DNA of 64,000 bases, taken from positions 1 to 64,000 of the forward strand of contig CBDBIB010000002.1 in the NCBI GenBank assembly GCA_965205945.1. The letters are read 5' to 3'. The stretch is from Bdellovibrionales bacterium. Lineage in GTDB: Bacteria > Bdellovibrionota > Bdellovibrionia > Bdellovibrionales > UBA1609. The notes under the pieces are model-generated. The model searched no databases and was not told the origin of the DNA. It was given only the letters and a program-made list of their open reading frames with translations. Position 1 is the stretch's first letter. Each line of letters starts with the position of its first letter. Made by a program: the position numbers and the translations under genes. Below are positions 40,457-50,842 of the stretch, one piece after another.

Positions 40457-41104
40457 ATGGTACGTATACTAATTATAAAAACAGTTTTTTTAATGGCTTT
40501 TACAGTTTTGGCTAATCAACAAAAGATTAAAAATGATCTTGTATGGTCAGATATTGACAATAATACTTTTAAAGTAAGAAATGAAATAAGAATTCAAAGA
40601 AATTACAACTCAATCAGTGATAGTGAAGGGCTTATGCCTGTAGGATCATTTATTAAGCTTGCTCAAGACATTAACCTTAGAAAAACTCCAAATGGTGAAT
40701 TAATTAAACCTCTTTTTAGGGGTGATGAGTTTCAAGTTTTAAACGTAATCGTAGATAATAACAAAACTAGGCACTATAAGATTAAATCTAAAAAAGATTT
40801 TGGTTACCTTTATGCAGGAACTAAGGTTTCTTATTCAAAGTGGATTAAACAAACATGGTCATCTAATAACAAGATAATTGCTCAACCTGGTGATATGATT
40901 AAGGTAAGAAGAATAAAAGGCTTAAAAATTTCTAAAAAAATTAATGATAAAGATTTCTTCTACTTAATTCCAAAGAACTCAGAAGTTCGAGTTAAATCAA
41001 TAATTCAAGATAAATCAGGAAAACTATACTATAAAGTTAAGTATAAATCTAAAGCAGGGTTTGCTCAAGTTACAAACTTTAATAAGCTTGGTTATCCACT
41101 ATGA
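40457..41104 (+). CDS. Exported protein with two SH3-like domains
   Basis: AAGGAG RBS, signal peptide, INLRKTPNG..HYKIK..GYL and YYKVKY..GF repeats. Confidence 0.6.
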   Translation: MVRILIIKTVFLMAFTVLANQQKIKNDLVWSDIDNNTFKVRNEIRIQRNYNSISDSEGLMPVGSFIKLAQDINLRKTPNGELIKPLFRGDEFQVLNVIVDNNKTRHYKIKSKKDFGYLYAGTKVSYSKWIKQTWSSNNKIIAQPGDMIKVRRIKGLKISKKINDKDFFYLIPKNSEVRVKSIIQDKSGKLYYKVKYKSKAGFAQVTNFNKLGYPL

Positions 41105-41334
41105 AGAGCTACGTTATTAATTTACTTTATGCAGAATAAGTGAGCTTTTTGGTAAAGATTTTAAGTTAAAGCTTCTTTTTAAAGGCATAAGATATTCTTA
41201 TACATAGCCTAGAATATATAATTTGTTTAAATTAGAGTTTTTAATGCTACTTAGACTATTAAAAATATAGAAAATAGGGCATTGTTTTAGACTTTAATCC
41301 AGTTTAGTAAGAAAAAAATATTTGGAGGATTGTT

Positions 41335-42177
41335 TTGAGAACAAGCTTAGAAAGAAAAATAAGATTACTAAAATGGTTTGTCGCTGTAGGGGTATTAGTG
41401 AGCATGGCAAGTAGAGCATTTACACAAGCAGACTCTAATGGTCAGAGTTTTTTAAATCATGCTGCTAAGAAACTAAAGCTTAATGCTTCTTTAAGTGTAT
41501 CAGCAATGAGAGGTTTTGATGAGTTTTCAGAAGAAAGCGCTTATTATCAAGGCGTAATTGGTATGAAAATTAATGAAAATTTAAAAACAGATATGAGTAT
41601 TGGTTATTCTCACCCTTTTGACTTTGATGCTAATAGAACTGATCGATGGGAAATAGAAGATGTTTTATTTAGATTGTTAAAATCTTCAATTTGGAAAAAT
41701 GATTCTAAAAGTCAGAATATTTCTTTAACTGGTTCAATATCACTTCCAACTTCGGGAACTTCAAAAGATTCAAGCCTGTATTCACAAATTAGTCTTACTA
41801 CAGGGTACACACTTAATTACAAAAAATTAACTTTTGTAGCAACACCAACAATTGTTGGTGCTCTTCATAAGTTTGATACAGCAGATGAAGAGGGTTTTGA
41901 AAAGAATTCTCCATTGGGTATTTCATTAGGTGGGTCTATTAGATATGGAGTTACTTCTAAATTGGGTTTGGCTCTAGGAGCATCAATATATTCCATGTTT
42001 AATTATGATTTTAACAATAAAAATATCCAGACTGTCTCAGGTGCAGTTGAATACTTAGTTAATAAAAAGATTTCATTATCTTTTAGTGGCAGATGGAGAA
42101 GTAAAGTGGTTACAAATAACTCACTCTTTGATGATGATGCCTCATTCGTGTCATTAGGTTTAGTTTATAATATTTAG
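41335..42177 (+). CDS. Probable outer-membrane beta-barrel protein
   Basis: GGAGG RBS + TTG; signal peptide; alternating strands; C-terminal SLGLVYNI beta-signal-like end. Confidence 0.65.
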   Translation: MRTSLERKIRLLKWFVAVGVLVSMASRAFTQADSNGQSFLNHAAKKLKLNASLSVSAMRGFDEFSEESAYYQGVIGMKINENLKTDMSIGYSHPFDFDANRTDRWEIEDVLFRLLKSSIWKNDSKSQNISLTGSISLPTSGTSKDSSLYSQISLTTGYTLNYKKLTFVATPTIVGALHKFDTADEEGFEKNSPLGISLGGSIRYGVTSKLGLALGASIYSMFNYDFNNKNIQTVSGAVEYLVNKKISLSFSGRWRSKVVTNNSLFDDDASFVSLGLVYNI

Positions 42178-42200
42178 AAGTTTTAATATAGGGAGTAAAA

Positions 42201-45200
42201 ATGAAAATAAATCAATTAAGAGTATCCGTTTTAGTCTTAGGGTTTGGAGCTTTTTTGACTTTTACAGGTTGTGTAAAGCAACATGATAAAAGAGCTGGGC
42301 AGGGTGCGTTAGCCATAGGAGAGAGAAGGTATGCAATTAAAGCAAATACATTGCCTGATAAAAAGGGTCTACAAGTACAAACTTTACAGGGCATGTACCA
42401 GACGGAAACCGAGTATCTTGGTTGTGAACCTGTTGCTAAAAATCAGGTTGTTGGGAACTCAACAACTACAAACAAAGTTGTTGTTGAGTTTTCTGGAAAA
42501 AAAGCGGCCTGTGTAAGAGTTGATGAACTTGAAACTTTAAAAGAAAGACCTCCTGTAACATTACGAGGTTCTTTAGGTACTACTCCTTATTGGATTCAAA
42601 CAAGAAAGGTTCTTAGAAAATCAGGGAGAACACGGGCGTTAGAGGGGGTAGATTCAGATAATGATTCGGGCATTAATTTTTTAGACTTTGTATCGTATTC
42701 AACTAACTCTCCTTTGCTTAATGCTGTTGCCGACAGATTAGAGGTTAGGGCCTTACCAGGTAAGCAGTACAAAATTTATCATAAAATTGCAGCACAAACC
42801 GTGTACATCATGATGGTTGTTCCCAAAAAAGATATGGGACATTTAGACTTTTCATTGTCTGATAATTTAGGAAATGGTGAATATGCTGTTCCATTGGCAT
42901 GGGCAGATATAAGCTTACAAAAACAAGAGTTAAGGCTTAATTCTGACAATGAAAAAACTAATGTTATTCTTTATAATAAAGTAGAGACTCTTTCTCAGGC
43001 TACACATATTGATTTAAATGTGTCTAATCTAAATGAGGTTAAATTAACACAACTTAACAACTTAGAAGATACCTACCCTACAGATTATTTCACCAGTGGT
43101 CAGTGGTATTTTTCTGAATCGGTTGTTGATACTAGGCCAGGAAGTGAAGGTTTTATTGGAACAGTTACAGGTGCTTTTGATACTTCATATAGACCGGCTA
43201 CAATAATTCAGTTTACAGTAAGAACGGAAGGGCTCATTGCCTGTAACGTAAGTATAGATCAAAAATATAGTGATGATCTATACTGTGATAGTTCTGATTC
43301 AGTTTTAACTATTCCAGGTAGCGGGGTTGCCTACGGTCTGCTTCCTAATAATGGGTCAATAAAGGTTTTTAATGTTCAACCTTTAAAAGCTCCATACTTT
43401 AAACTAGAATTAGATTCAACTATTAGTTTAAGAAAGAGTATTGATGAACTATTTTCAGTAATCAGAGATACGAATCAGGATCAGGTTATTAAAGTGAATT
43501 TTCATAAAGATAAATTCTCCTTTATAACTCAAAGGGGGGCTAATGGAAGAAGAATTATGTATTCTTTCTTAAGAACTCAGGGGAGGGCTCCATATGCAGT
43601 AAGAAGGCATCATAAAAATGATAGACAAAAAAGGTTTGGTTATTTTACTCAGATAGTTTCAAAAATAAGATCGTCTGATATTATTTCTAGAGAAGAAGAC
43701 CTTGAAAAAGATTATTTAATACAAAGGCACAATCCAGCTAAGGATATTGTATTTCATTTTAGTAATTTAACTCCAAACTATGAAAAAGGAAAAGACCCCT
43801 ATGGTTTAGAGATTGATTATAGGCAAATTGGCAGAAACTCTGTTGAGTACTGGAACAAGGCTTATGAAAGAGCAGGTTCTCCAAATAGAGTTGTCTTAAG
43901 GGAAAGTGATGCTCCTTTTGGTGATATTGCATACAATACGATAAATTTAATTGACTCTGAAAGAGGAAGTAACCTTTTAGGTGTTGGTCCTTCCTTGGTT
44001 GATCCCTATTCGGGTGAAGTAATTAATGCAAATGCAAATGTTTATATAGCACCTTTTAGAGAGATTATTGCTCTCAGGGTGAGAAATTATATTAAAGCTA
44101 AAACGGGTTTGTTAGATAATGCTGCTAACCAGCTTCCTGTAGGGGCCACACAAAATAGTACCTTATTAGGTGATATGGCCTTTAGTACTTTAGGTATTAA
44201 AGGTATTTTATCAGCAATGGTTCCTGAACGTATAATGACAATAGTAGCAAACCTTTATCATCATAATCCTGTTAATTTTACAACAAGAAAAATTAATGTT
44301 GATGGGTATGGAAATAACTCAGATGAGGTAGTAGACCTCTATAGTCTTACTAAGTTTAATTTTGAAAATTCAATAATTCAGCGTCTTATAAAAGTATCTA
44401 AAAGAATTCCTGAGATGATTTTTTTAAGAGATAAAGGTAAGATCACGTTTAATCCAAGGAGTAGAAAAGACCTTTTAAATTTACAGAAGGCTTTAGAAAC
44501 CTATAGGCCAACTTTTTATAGGTCATACTTTATGTCTGACTCTGCTCTTGCAAGTGATTACAATCCAATGACTAATCAAATTGAAGAAAAATGTGGTGAG
44601 GTTCTTAAACTTGTAGCATTTGTAAATAATAGAGCTGAAAGTGAGAGTGCTCCGGGAAGACTTACAACGGAAGAAGAGCTTCCGGCTCTTAGGCACTGTA
44701 TGACTCAACTTATTCCGGCAACGTTTCAAGCGACTCTTATTCATGAAATAGGTCATACACTTGGACTTAGGCATAACTTTAAAGCAAGTACAGATAAAGA
44801 TAACTTTTTTAACAAAGAAGAGGTTAAAGAACTGTATGGCTTAGATATTCAGGAGCACAACCTTCCAACAACTTCATCTGTAATGGATTATGTAAGGGTT
44901 GAACAAAGTAAACTTATATATCCTGGGCATTATGATATTGCAGCCATTAGGTATGGTTATGCAAATGCTGTGGAAGTTGAATCGTCTGCAAAAAGACCAA
45001 ATAGCTTAAAGGGTAATTATATAAAGCTAGCTCAAGAAAGTATTAAAAGTCTTGATGAAGACTATAAAATTAAGCCTTTTTCTTATTGTACAGATGTTGA
45101 AGCTAGTTTAGAGATCGACCCATTATGTGTAAGGCATGATTTTGGAACTAACCCTAAAATGATTGTTGAAGATACTATTAACTTATTCTGGGAAAGTTTT

Positions 45201-47024
45201 GTTCTTTATAACTTTAAATATGATACAGTAGGGCCTTGGGCTGAAGGGCCTTTTCATAGAGCATCTTATTTAGATAAACTTAAAAGAATGTACACTCAAT
45301 GGAGAATACACCTTGCAAACTATTTAGGTGGAGAAGATTCGACAGGTAATGTTTACCTTCAAAGGTATAGCAAAATTGAATACGAAGCCTTACTAAAGGA
45401 TCTTAAAGTAGATCCAAATTTTAAAGGTAAAGAGTACTTAGCTGTAAGAGATCAAATATTTGATTTTATTATGGATATAGCATTTTTTCCAAATAAATAT
45501 TGCTTAGTACAAACTCCTATTGGCCCGAAGGCTTATGAGTTTAGTAAATTAAAGGAGGAACTTAAAAATCAAGTTCCTAAAGGAGAAAGAATATCTTCAT
45601 GTGAGAATAATTATATGAAAAGCCTTATTGAGTCTAAAGGGTATGTCTACCATTACGAAGCAGGTCTTCCAGTAGATAACCTTTGGTACTTTGTAAATCC
45701 TGAAGATACTTTTGAAGAAGGTATAAGATTTAGGTCATTTAGAGCTCCCCTTGATATAGTGGGGAGTTTTCTTGATAGGTATTTTGCTTCAGCTTTCTTA
45801 GGTGCAAGAAATGCTGGTTATACGGGAGTCTTGGAGAAGATATTTCCTAATATGATGGATGAGCCAGATCTTTATGAAAAATTTGAAGAAAGAATGCTTA
45901 AGAGGTTAACTAAAGGTGTTGATATAAGAAAGGTTTTTGAAAGGGCGAATAAAATAACTCTTCCTCCTGAAGAGCAAGTTAGCTTTGTTCTTTTAAACTT
46001 TGATGCTGAATCAGCACTGCTAAAAGCCCTATGGTTGTCACTAGAGGAGGGTATTAGAAATGAATTTGTTGATAACTCTTTAAAAATTTCTAAATATACA
46101 AGACAAATTACCACTGAGCCGAGTATTATTAATGATGTTCAAGCTAATGGTGGTTTTGCAATGCCGCTTGCTGATGGGTCGACTTTAGTTATTCGTCCTG
46201 AGGCAACAGTTGCATTCTCTCTTGCACAGGCTTTAGTAGGAATTGTTCAAACAATTGAATTTGCAAATCAGCAGATTCCAACCGTAGAGCAGTTAATGCA
46301 GGGTCTTGAGGACTTAGTATTAAAGGCTTCTAAAGATTTAAAAGTTGAAGATGGTACTCAAATTTCTGTTGAACAATACATGACCTTTGCAAGAAGTTTT
46401 AATAAAATTATGATAGATCATCCATTAAAAGATTTTGCATTTCAAAATACTTATTTGTCTGAACTAATTCCCTATTTAGTTTTTTTAAAAGATCCTGAAG
46501 GTATAATTAATCAAGCAATAGCAGCAGGACAAAAACCACCAGCAGATGCGGTAGAGTATGTTGAACGTACAGTGGCGGAGTGGACAGCTAAAGGTATGGA
46601 TAGAGTACTTGTTGAGACTCAGGAGTGGTTAAATAAAAATGGATATAGTCAAATCATTGCTGTTGCACCAACTAAAGACTCTATTATAACTAAGTTTACA
46701 TTGATAGAACAAAGAATTATAGAAGGAATTAAGCAGGCTACACAAGCAAAGGATGTACAGCAAGTATATTTAAAAGTTAATGGCCCTGAGCTTTTTGCAC
46801 AGTACGATCTTTTAAGATCTATATTGATTTATGATTTTTCACAAATTAATACAGATTTACAAATTAGATTTATAGAGCTTTTTGATAATAATAGGGGTAG
46901 AAATTTTTTTAAAACTCTTTCTAAGAATTCTAGATCGGATATAAGATTCTTTGCGCACAAATATCTTAGTCCAAAGGCAATTGCCAAAGCTAAATGGGGT
47001 ATTAAGGTTCCATTTAGTTTGTAA
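42201..47024 (+). CDS. Large lipoprotein zinc metalloprotease (metzincin)
   Basis: Lipobox FTGC; HEIGHTLGLRHNF, Met-turn SSVMDY, GHYDIAAIRYGY, RFGYF, DPYSGEVINAN. Confidence 0.9.
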   Translation: MKINQLRVSVLVLGFGAFLTFTGCVKQHDKRAGQGALAIGERRYAIKANTLPDKKGLQVQTLQGMYQTETEYLGCEPVAKNQVVGNSTTTNKVVVEFSGKKAACVRVDELETLKERPPVTLRGSLGTTPYWIQTRKVLRKSGRTRALEGVDSDNDSGINFLDFVSYSTNSPLLNAVADRLEVRALPGKQYKIYHKIAAQTVYIMMVVPKKDMGHLDFSLSDNLGNGEYAVPLAWADISLQKQELRLNSDNEKTNVILYNKVETLSQATHIDLNVSNLNEVKLTQLNNLEDTYPTDYFTSGQWYFSESVVDTRPGSEGFIGTVTGAFDTSYRPATIIQFTVRTEGLIACNVSIDQKYSDDLYCDSSDSVLTIPGSGVAYGLLPNNGSIKVFNVQPLKAPYFKLELDSTISLRKSIDELFSVIRDTNQDQVIKVNFHKDKFSFITQRGANGRRIMYSFLRTQGRAPYAVRRHHKNDRQKRFGYFTQIVSKIRSSDIISREEDLEKDYLIQRHNPAKDIVFHFSNLTPNYEKGKDPYGLEIDYRQIGRNSVEYWNKAYERAGSPNRVVLRESDAPFGDIAYNTINLIDSERGSNLLGVGPSLVDPYSGEVINANANVYIAPFREIIALRVRNYIKAKTGLLDNAANQLPVGATQNSTLLGDMAFSTLGIKGILSAMVPERIMTIVANLYHHNPVNFTTRKINVDGYGNNSDEVVDLYSLTKFNFENSIIQRLIKVSKRIPEMIFLRDKGKITFNPRSRKDLLNLQKALETYRPTFYRSYFMSDSALASDYNPMTNQIEEKCGEVLKLVAFVNNRAESESAPGRLTTEEELPALRHCMTQLIPATFQATLIHEIGHTLGLRHNFKASTDKDNFFNKEEVKELYGLDIQEHNLPTTSSVMDYVRVEQSKLIYPGHYDIAAIRYGYANAVEVESSAKRPNSLKGNYIKLAQESIKSLDEDYKIKPFSYCTDVEASLEIDPLCVRHDFGTNPKMIVEDTINLFWESFVLYNFKYDTVGPWAEGPFHRASYLDKLKRMYTQWRIHLANYLGGEDSTGNVYLQRYSKIEYEALLKDLKVDPNFKGKEYLAVRDQIFDFIMDIAFFPNKYCLVQTPIGPKAYEFSKLKEELKNQVPKGERISSCENNYMKSLIESKGYVYHYEAGLPVDNLWYFVNPEDTFEEGIRFRSFRAPLDIVGSFLDRYFASAFLGARNAGYTGVLEKIFPNMMDEPDLYEKFEERMLKRLTKGVDIRKVFERANKITLPPEEQVSFVLLNFDAESALLKALWLSLEEGIRNEFVDNSLKISKYTRQITTEPSIINDVQANGGFAMPLADGSTLVIRPEATVAFSLAQALVGIVQTIEFANQQIPTVEQLMQGLEDLVLKASKDLKVEDGTQISVEQYMTFARSFNKIMIDHPLKDFAFQNTYLSELIPYLVFLKDPEGIINQAIAAGQKPPADAVEYVERTVAEWTAKGMDRVLVETQEWLNKNGYSQIIAVAPTKDSIITKFTLIEQRIIEGIKQATQAKDVQQVYLKVNGPELFAQYDLLRSILIYDFSQINTDLQIRFIELFDNNRGRNFFKTLSKNSRSDIRFFAHKYLSPKAIAKAKWGIKVPFSL

Positions 47025-47036
47025 GCTTAAGCAAGA

Positions 47037-47067
47037 GGCCTGAGCAATTTTTTGTTCAGGCTTTTTT
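47037..47067 (+). terminator. Rho-independent terminator between convergent genes
   Basis: gcctgagcaa-tttt-ttgttcaggc followed by tttttt. Confidence 0.75.
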
Positions 47068-47079
47068 ACTTATAAGCTA

Positions 47080-48540
47080 TTATCTTCTAAATGCATGAAA
47101 TTTTTTAAGCCAAGTTATAACTTTTTCAGGCTTGGTTTGATTTTTCCAAGAACTTGCTACATATTTGTTTGCTTCACCTAGAGTAGGGTAGGGGTGGATG
47201 GTGCCCATAATACTGTTTAAACCAAAGTTATTTTTCATTGCTGAAGTTAATTCTAAAAGCATGTCTCCAGCGTTTGTACAAACAATTGTAGCTCCTAGAA
47301 TTTTATCTGTTCCAGGTTTAGTTAAAACTTGTACAAAACCTTTTGTTTCACTTTCAGTAATGGCACGATCTAAGTCATCTAATGAGTAAATTGTTTTAAG
47401 GTATTTAGTGTTTGTACTTCTAGCTTCAGCTTCACTTAAACCAACACTGGCAACTTCAGGGTCTGTAAAAGTTACCCTTGGGACAGCATCATAATTAGCT
47501 TTCTTCTTATAAAAAGGCCTAAATAAAGAATTCACAGCAACATACCAAGCTTGGTGGGCAGCTGTATGAGTAAATTGAAAAGGACCAGCAACATCACCAC
47601 AAGCATAGATATTTTTATATTTTGTTGTTCTTAAATAATCATCAACTTTAATAGTTCCATTTGGATTAAGCTCAATATTAAGTTCTTCTAAGCCTAAGCC
47701 ATTAGTATTGGCCGTTCTACCTATGGCCATAATACAAAGATCAAAAGTGAGTTCTGTTTGAGAGTTGTTTGATTTTATAAAAGCTATGTTTTGATTATTT
47801 ATTTTTTTAAATTTTATAATTTCAGCATTGAGCAAAAGGTGAACACCCTCTTCTTTAAAAGATTCTTGAAGGATTTTAGATACAGCCTCATCTTCTCTTG
47901 CCATTATTCTATGATTTTTTTCAATTTGAGTGACTTTAGAGCCAAGGCGTGAAAAAGCTTGTGCAAGCTCAGACCCAATAGGTCCTCCTCCGATAATTAA
48001 AAGATTTTTAGGAAGTTGAGTGATTTTCCAAAGATTGTCGGATGTTGCAAGGTTAATGTCATTAATTCCAGGTATGGGAGGTATAAAGGGGCTTGCCCCT
48101 GTAGCAATGGTGATATTTTTAGTTGTTAAAATTCTATTATTAACCTTAACTTCCCATGGGGAAAGTATTTTTGCTTCTCCTAAAATACACTTAACACCTA
48201 ATTTTGAGTATCTTTCTACAGAGTCATGAGGTTGAATATCTGCAATTACTTTATGAATACGTTTCATGACGGCTTTAAAATCTAGAAAGGTATTAGATAC
48301 TGTGATTCCATACTTAGAGGCATTTTTAATTTGATGATTTATTTTTGCAGATTTAATGAGAGCTTTTGAAGGAACACAACCTGTATTTAAGCAGTCACCA
48401 CCCATTTTATGTTTTTCTATAAGAGCAGATTTTGCTCCAACAACTGCAGCAATATATGTTGTAACTAACCCTGCAGCACCGGCACCAATTGCTATTTGGT
48501 TATATTCAAATTTTTTAGGTTTTTTATATTTTTTAGACAT
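47080..48540 (-). CDS. FAD-dependent pyridine nucleotide-disulfide oxidoreductase (dihydrolipoamide dehydrogenase / MerA-like family)
   Basis: GAGAAG, GGDCLNTGCVPSK, GGGPIG, GDV, HPYPT; start at 48540 overlaps the upstream stop (TAATG). Confidence 0.92.
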   Translation of the reverse strand: MSKKYKKPKKFEYNQIAIGAGAAGLVTTYIAAVVGAKSALIEKHKMGGDCLNTGCVPSKALIKSAKINHQIKNASKYGITVSNTFLDFKAVMKRIHKVIADIQPHDSVERYSKLGVKCILGEAKILSPWEVKVNNRILTTKNITIATGASPFIPPIPGINDINLATSDNLWKITQLPKNLLIIGGGPIGSELAQAFSRLGSKVTQIEKNHRIMAREDEAVSKILQESFKEEGVHLLLNAEIIKFKKINNQNIAFIKSNNSQTELTFDLCIMAIGRTANTNGLGLEELNIELNPNGTIKVDDYLRTTKYKNIYACGDVAGPFQFTHTAAHQAWYVAVNSLFRPFYKKKANYDAVPRVTFTDPEVASVGLSEAEARSTNTKYLKTIYSLDDLDRAITESETKGFVQVLTKPGTDKILGATIVCTNAGDMLLELTSAMKNNFGLNSIMGTIHPYPTLGEANKYVASSWKNQTKPEKVITWLKKFHAFRR

Positions 48541-49220
48541 TAGCATTTCCTAAAGGGTTTAAGTATTTTAATTAGTTTTTTTGAAGCTATTGGTAAAAGA
48601 CCGAGAGCAGCAAAAGATATAATAAGCACAGGGGATAAAATACCTGATGCAGACTCTAGCTCAGAAAGTCTAGTTCCTGTATTTATATAAAGAATAGTAG
48701 CTGGAAGCATTCCTAGTTGGCTTACCCATATGTAGGTGCTAGTTTTAATTTTGGTTATTCCCATTAATAAATTCACCATAAAAAATGGGAAAATAGGGAT
48801 AAGTCTTAAGCTAAATAAGTAAAAACTACCTTCTTTTTCAATTCCAAGGTTTATTTTGTCTAGATAGGAGGAGAATTTTTTTTCAACCCAGTTTTTAAGC
48901 AAAAACCTTGAACCTAAAAAAGCTAGAGTTGCCCCTATTGTGCTGGCTATAGAGACAACAATAGTTCCAATAAAGATTCCAAAGAGGGCTCCACTTAAAA
49001 GTGTTAAAAAAGAAGCACCTGGAATTGAAAGAATCGTTGAAATTATGTAAATACCACAAAACCCTATGAGCATAAACAAAAAATATTTTTCTTTGTAGAT
49101 TTCTAAATCCCCTTGTATTTCCTTAACCTTTGAAAAACTTAAGTAGTAAAATAGGTCAAAATAGATAATAAGGCCTATTATAATAAGGAGTAATGAGGCT
49201 AGAAGAGCTTTTTTAATAAT
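48540..49220 (-). CDS. TVP38/TMEM64 (VTT/DedA-like) membrane protein
   Basis: SIPGASFLTLLSGALFG, LRLIPIFPFFMVN, SQLGMLPAT; frame stays open upstream of 49079 to a probable ATT start at 49220. Confidence 0.88.
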   Translation of the reverse strand: MIKKALLASLLLIIIGLIIYFDLFYYLSFSKVKEIQGDLEIYKEKYFLFMLIGFCGIYIISTILSIPGASFLTLLSGALFGIFIGTIVVSIASTIGATLAFLGSRFLLKNWVEKKFSSYLDKINLGIEKEGSFYLFSLRLIPIFPFFMVNLLMGITKIKTSTYIWVSQLGMLPATILYINTGTRLSELESASGILSPVLIISFAALGLLPIASKKLIKILKPFRKC

Positions 49221-49361
49221 ACGAAATTCCTTTTTTATAGATTATTGATTTTTATGAAACTTTGAGCAAGAAAGACTAATGAACTAGTTTCATTATAGAG
49301 AGTTGAAAAAGGGTTAATTTTGCCTTAGAGCCTTGTTTTTTAGCCTTTTTAGTATCATAAA

Positions 49362-49380
49362 GATAGTGATAATAGTTTTC
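49362..49380 (+). promoter_or_regulatory. Fur-box-like site
   Basis: gatagtgataatagttttc matches 15/19 of GATAATGATAATCATTATC, 35 bp upstream of folE2. Confidence 0.5.
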
Positions 49381-49414
49381 AGATAAGTTTTGATAAATTT
49401 AAGGTGGTTATTAT

Positions 49415-50332
49415 ATGTATTCAGTAAAGAATATGCCAGATATTGTAGAGTCAAAAAATACTCAATTTGACCGGTCCATTGATTGGGTTGGAATGTCTTT
49501 AGTTGAGGCAAGTATTAAAACTCAAGATGGAAGTGTTCCCTGTGAAGTCGATGTTTTTGTTGATTTAAGTGATGTAAAAGCTAAAGGAATTCATATGTCT
49601 AGGCTTTACTTAGCGGTTTCAAAAGAGCTTAAAAGTCGAGCTCTTTCAAAAGAGCTTATTTATGATTTATTAGTAAGACTTATTACTGAGCAACAAGGAA
49701 AATCTGTTCAATCTAGAATAAAAATTAAATTTAATCTTTCAATTATGAGAAAAGCATTAGTGAGTCAAACTTTTGGGGAAAGGCATTATCCTATTGAAGT
49801 AGAGGCTTGTGCGATTAAAGTAGGAGAAGACTATCATTGTGACTTTAATGTAAGTTTTAAAGCTTTGTATTCAAGTACATGTCCTTGTTCAGCAGCTTTG
49901 TCCAGACAGCTTATTCAAGAAAACTGGAATAAATTTACAGAAGATAAGAAAACAGTTACTCCTAAACAGGTTTCTAAATGGCTAAAGCAAGAGTCCTCTA
50001 TGGTGGCCACACCTCATGCACAAAGAAGTGAGGCGTATATAACTTTAAAACCTAAAAACTTTAATGAGATTGTAGTTAAGGAGTGGATTGAAAAATTAGA
50101 AAGAAATGTTTTAAAAACACCGGTTCAAACAGCTGTTAAAAGAGAAGATGAACAGGAATTTGCAAGGCTTAATGGTGCAAACCTTATGTTTTGTGAAGAT
50201 GCAGCAAGAAGAGTGGCTAGTTGGTTAGATAATGACGATGAGATTTTAGCTTATTGTGCTAGAATGGAGCATAGAGAGAGCCTTCATTCTCATAATGCTG
50301 TTAGTGAAATTTCTAAAAATTGGAGGACTTAA
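49415..50332 (+). CDS. folE2: GTP cyclohydrolase I type FolE2
   Basis: IDWVGM, KGIHMSRL, YSSTCPCSAALSRQL, ATPHAQRS, VKREDEQEFA, MFCEDAARR, ESLHSHNA. Confidence 0.95.
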   Translation: MYSVKNMPDIVESKNTQFDRSIDWVGMSLVEASIKTQDGSVPCEVDVFVDLSDVKAKGIHMSRLYLAVSKELKSRALSKELIYDLLVRLITEQQGKSVQSRIKIKFNLSIMRKALVSQTFGERHYPIEVEACAIKVGEDYHCDFNVSFKALYSSTCPCSAALSRQLIQENWNKFTEDKKTVTPKQVSKWLKQESSMVATPHAQRSEAYITLKPKNFNEIVVKEWIEKLERNVLKTPVQTAVKREDEQEFARLNGANLMFCEDAARRVASWLDNDDEILAYCARMEHRESLHSHNAVSEISKNWRT

Positions 50333-50835
50333 TGGAAAGTAATAAAAGAGAAATACTTTTACCAGATTTAGTCAGAGGACAGCAGAATCCTAAAGAAGAA
50401 TTAATAAGTAGAGAGGTTTTAGATGCTAAAACTTCTAAGCGTATGATTAGAGAAATGGGCTTAAAGGTTACAAAGCAAAGAATGGTTATATTAGAAGGGC
50501 TTAATACTGGTCGTGCTCACGTTACAGCTCAGGAAGTGTATGAATCAGTTAACGAAAAACATCTTGAAATTGGTTTTGCAACTGTATATAGGTTTTTAAG
50601 AAAATTAACGGAACAAGGTTTTGTAACAGAACTGCGAATGGGTGGGCTTCCTGCAAGATATGAACTCACTCCGAAAAAACACCATGATCATTTAACTTGT
50701 ACAAATTGTGGTAAGATTGTTGAATTTGAAAACAATCAAATTGAAAAACTGCAAGAAGAAATAGCAACAAGTTATGATTTTATTCTTACAGATCATGTGT
50801 TAGAGCTTTATGGAGTTTGCAGCTATTGTAAATAA
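50332..50835 (+). CDS. fur: Fur-family transcriptional regulator
   Basis: GLKVTKQR, HVTAQEVY, ATVYRFL, HHDHLTCTNCG, LYGVCSYC; GGAGG RBS and TAATG coupling give start 50332. Confidence 0.9.
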   Translation: MESNKREILLPDLVRGQQNPKEELISREVLDAKTSKRMIREMGLKVTKQRMVILEGLNTGRAHVTAQEVYESVNEKHLEIGFATVYRFLRKLTEQGFVTELRMGGLPARYELTPKKHHDHLTCTNCGKIVEFENNQIEKLQEEIATSYDFILTDHVLELYGVCSYCK

Positions 50836-50842
50836 ACACTAT

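Noticed and set aside
47080..48546. merA mercury resistance gene
   Set aside because: No C-terminal Cys-Cys pair, no N-terminal metal-binding domain and no mer operon context
10077..49511. Small overlapping or antisense ORFs (10077, 11095, 13188, 30450, 34224, 34484, 36698, 39143, 42212, 42331, 44523, 45872, 47198, 48020, 48356, 49314)
   Set aside because: Overlap well-supported features and show no recognisable motifs
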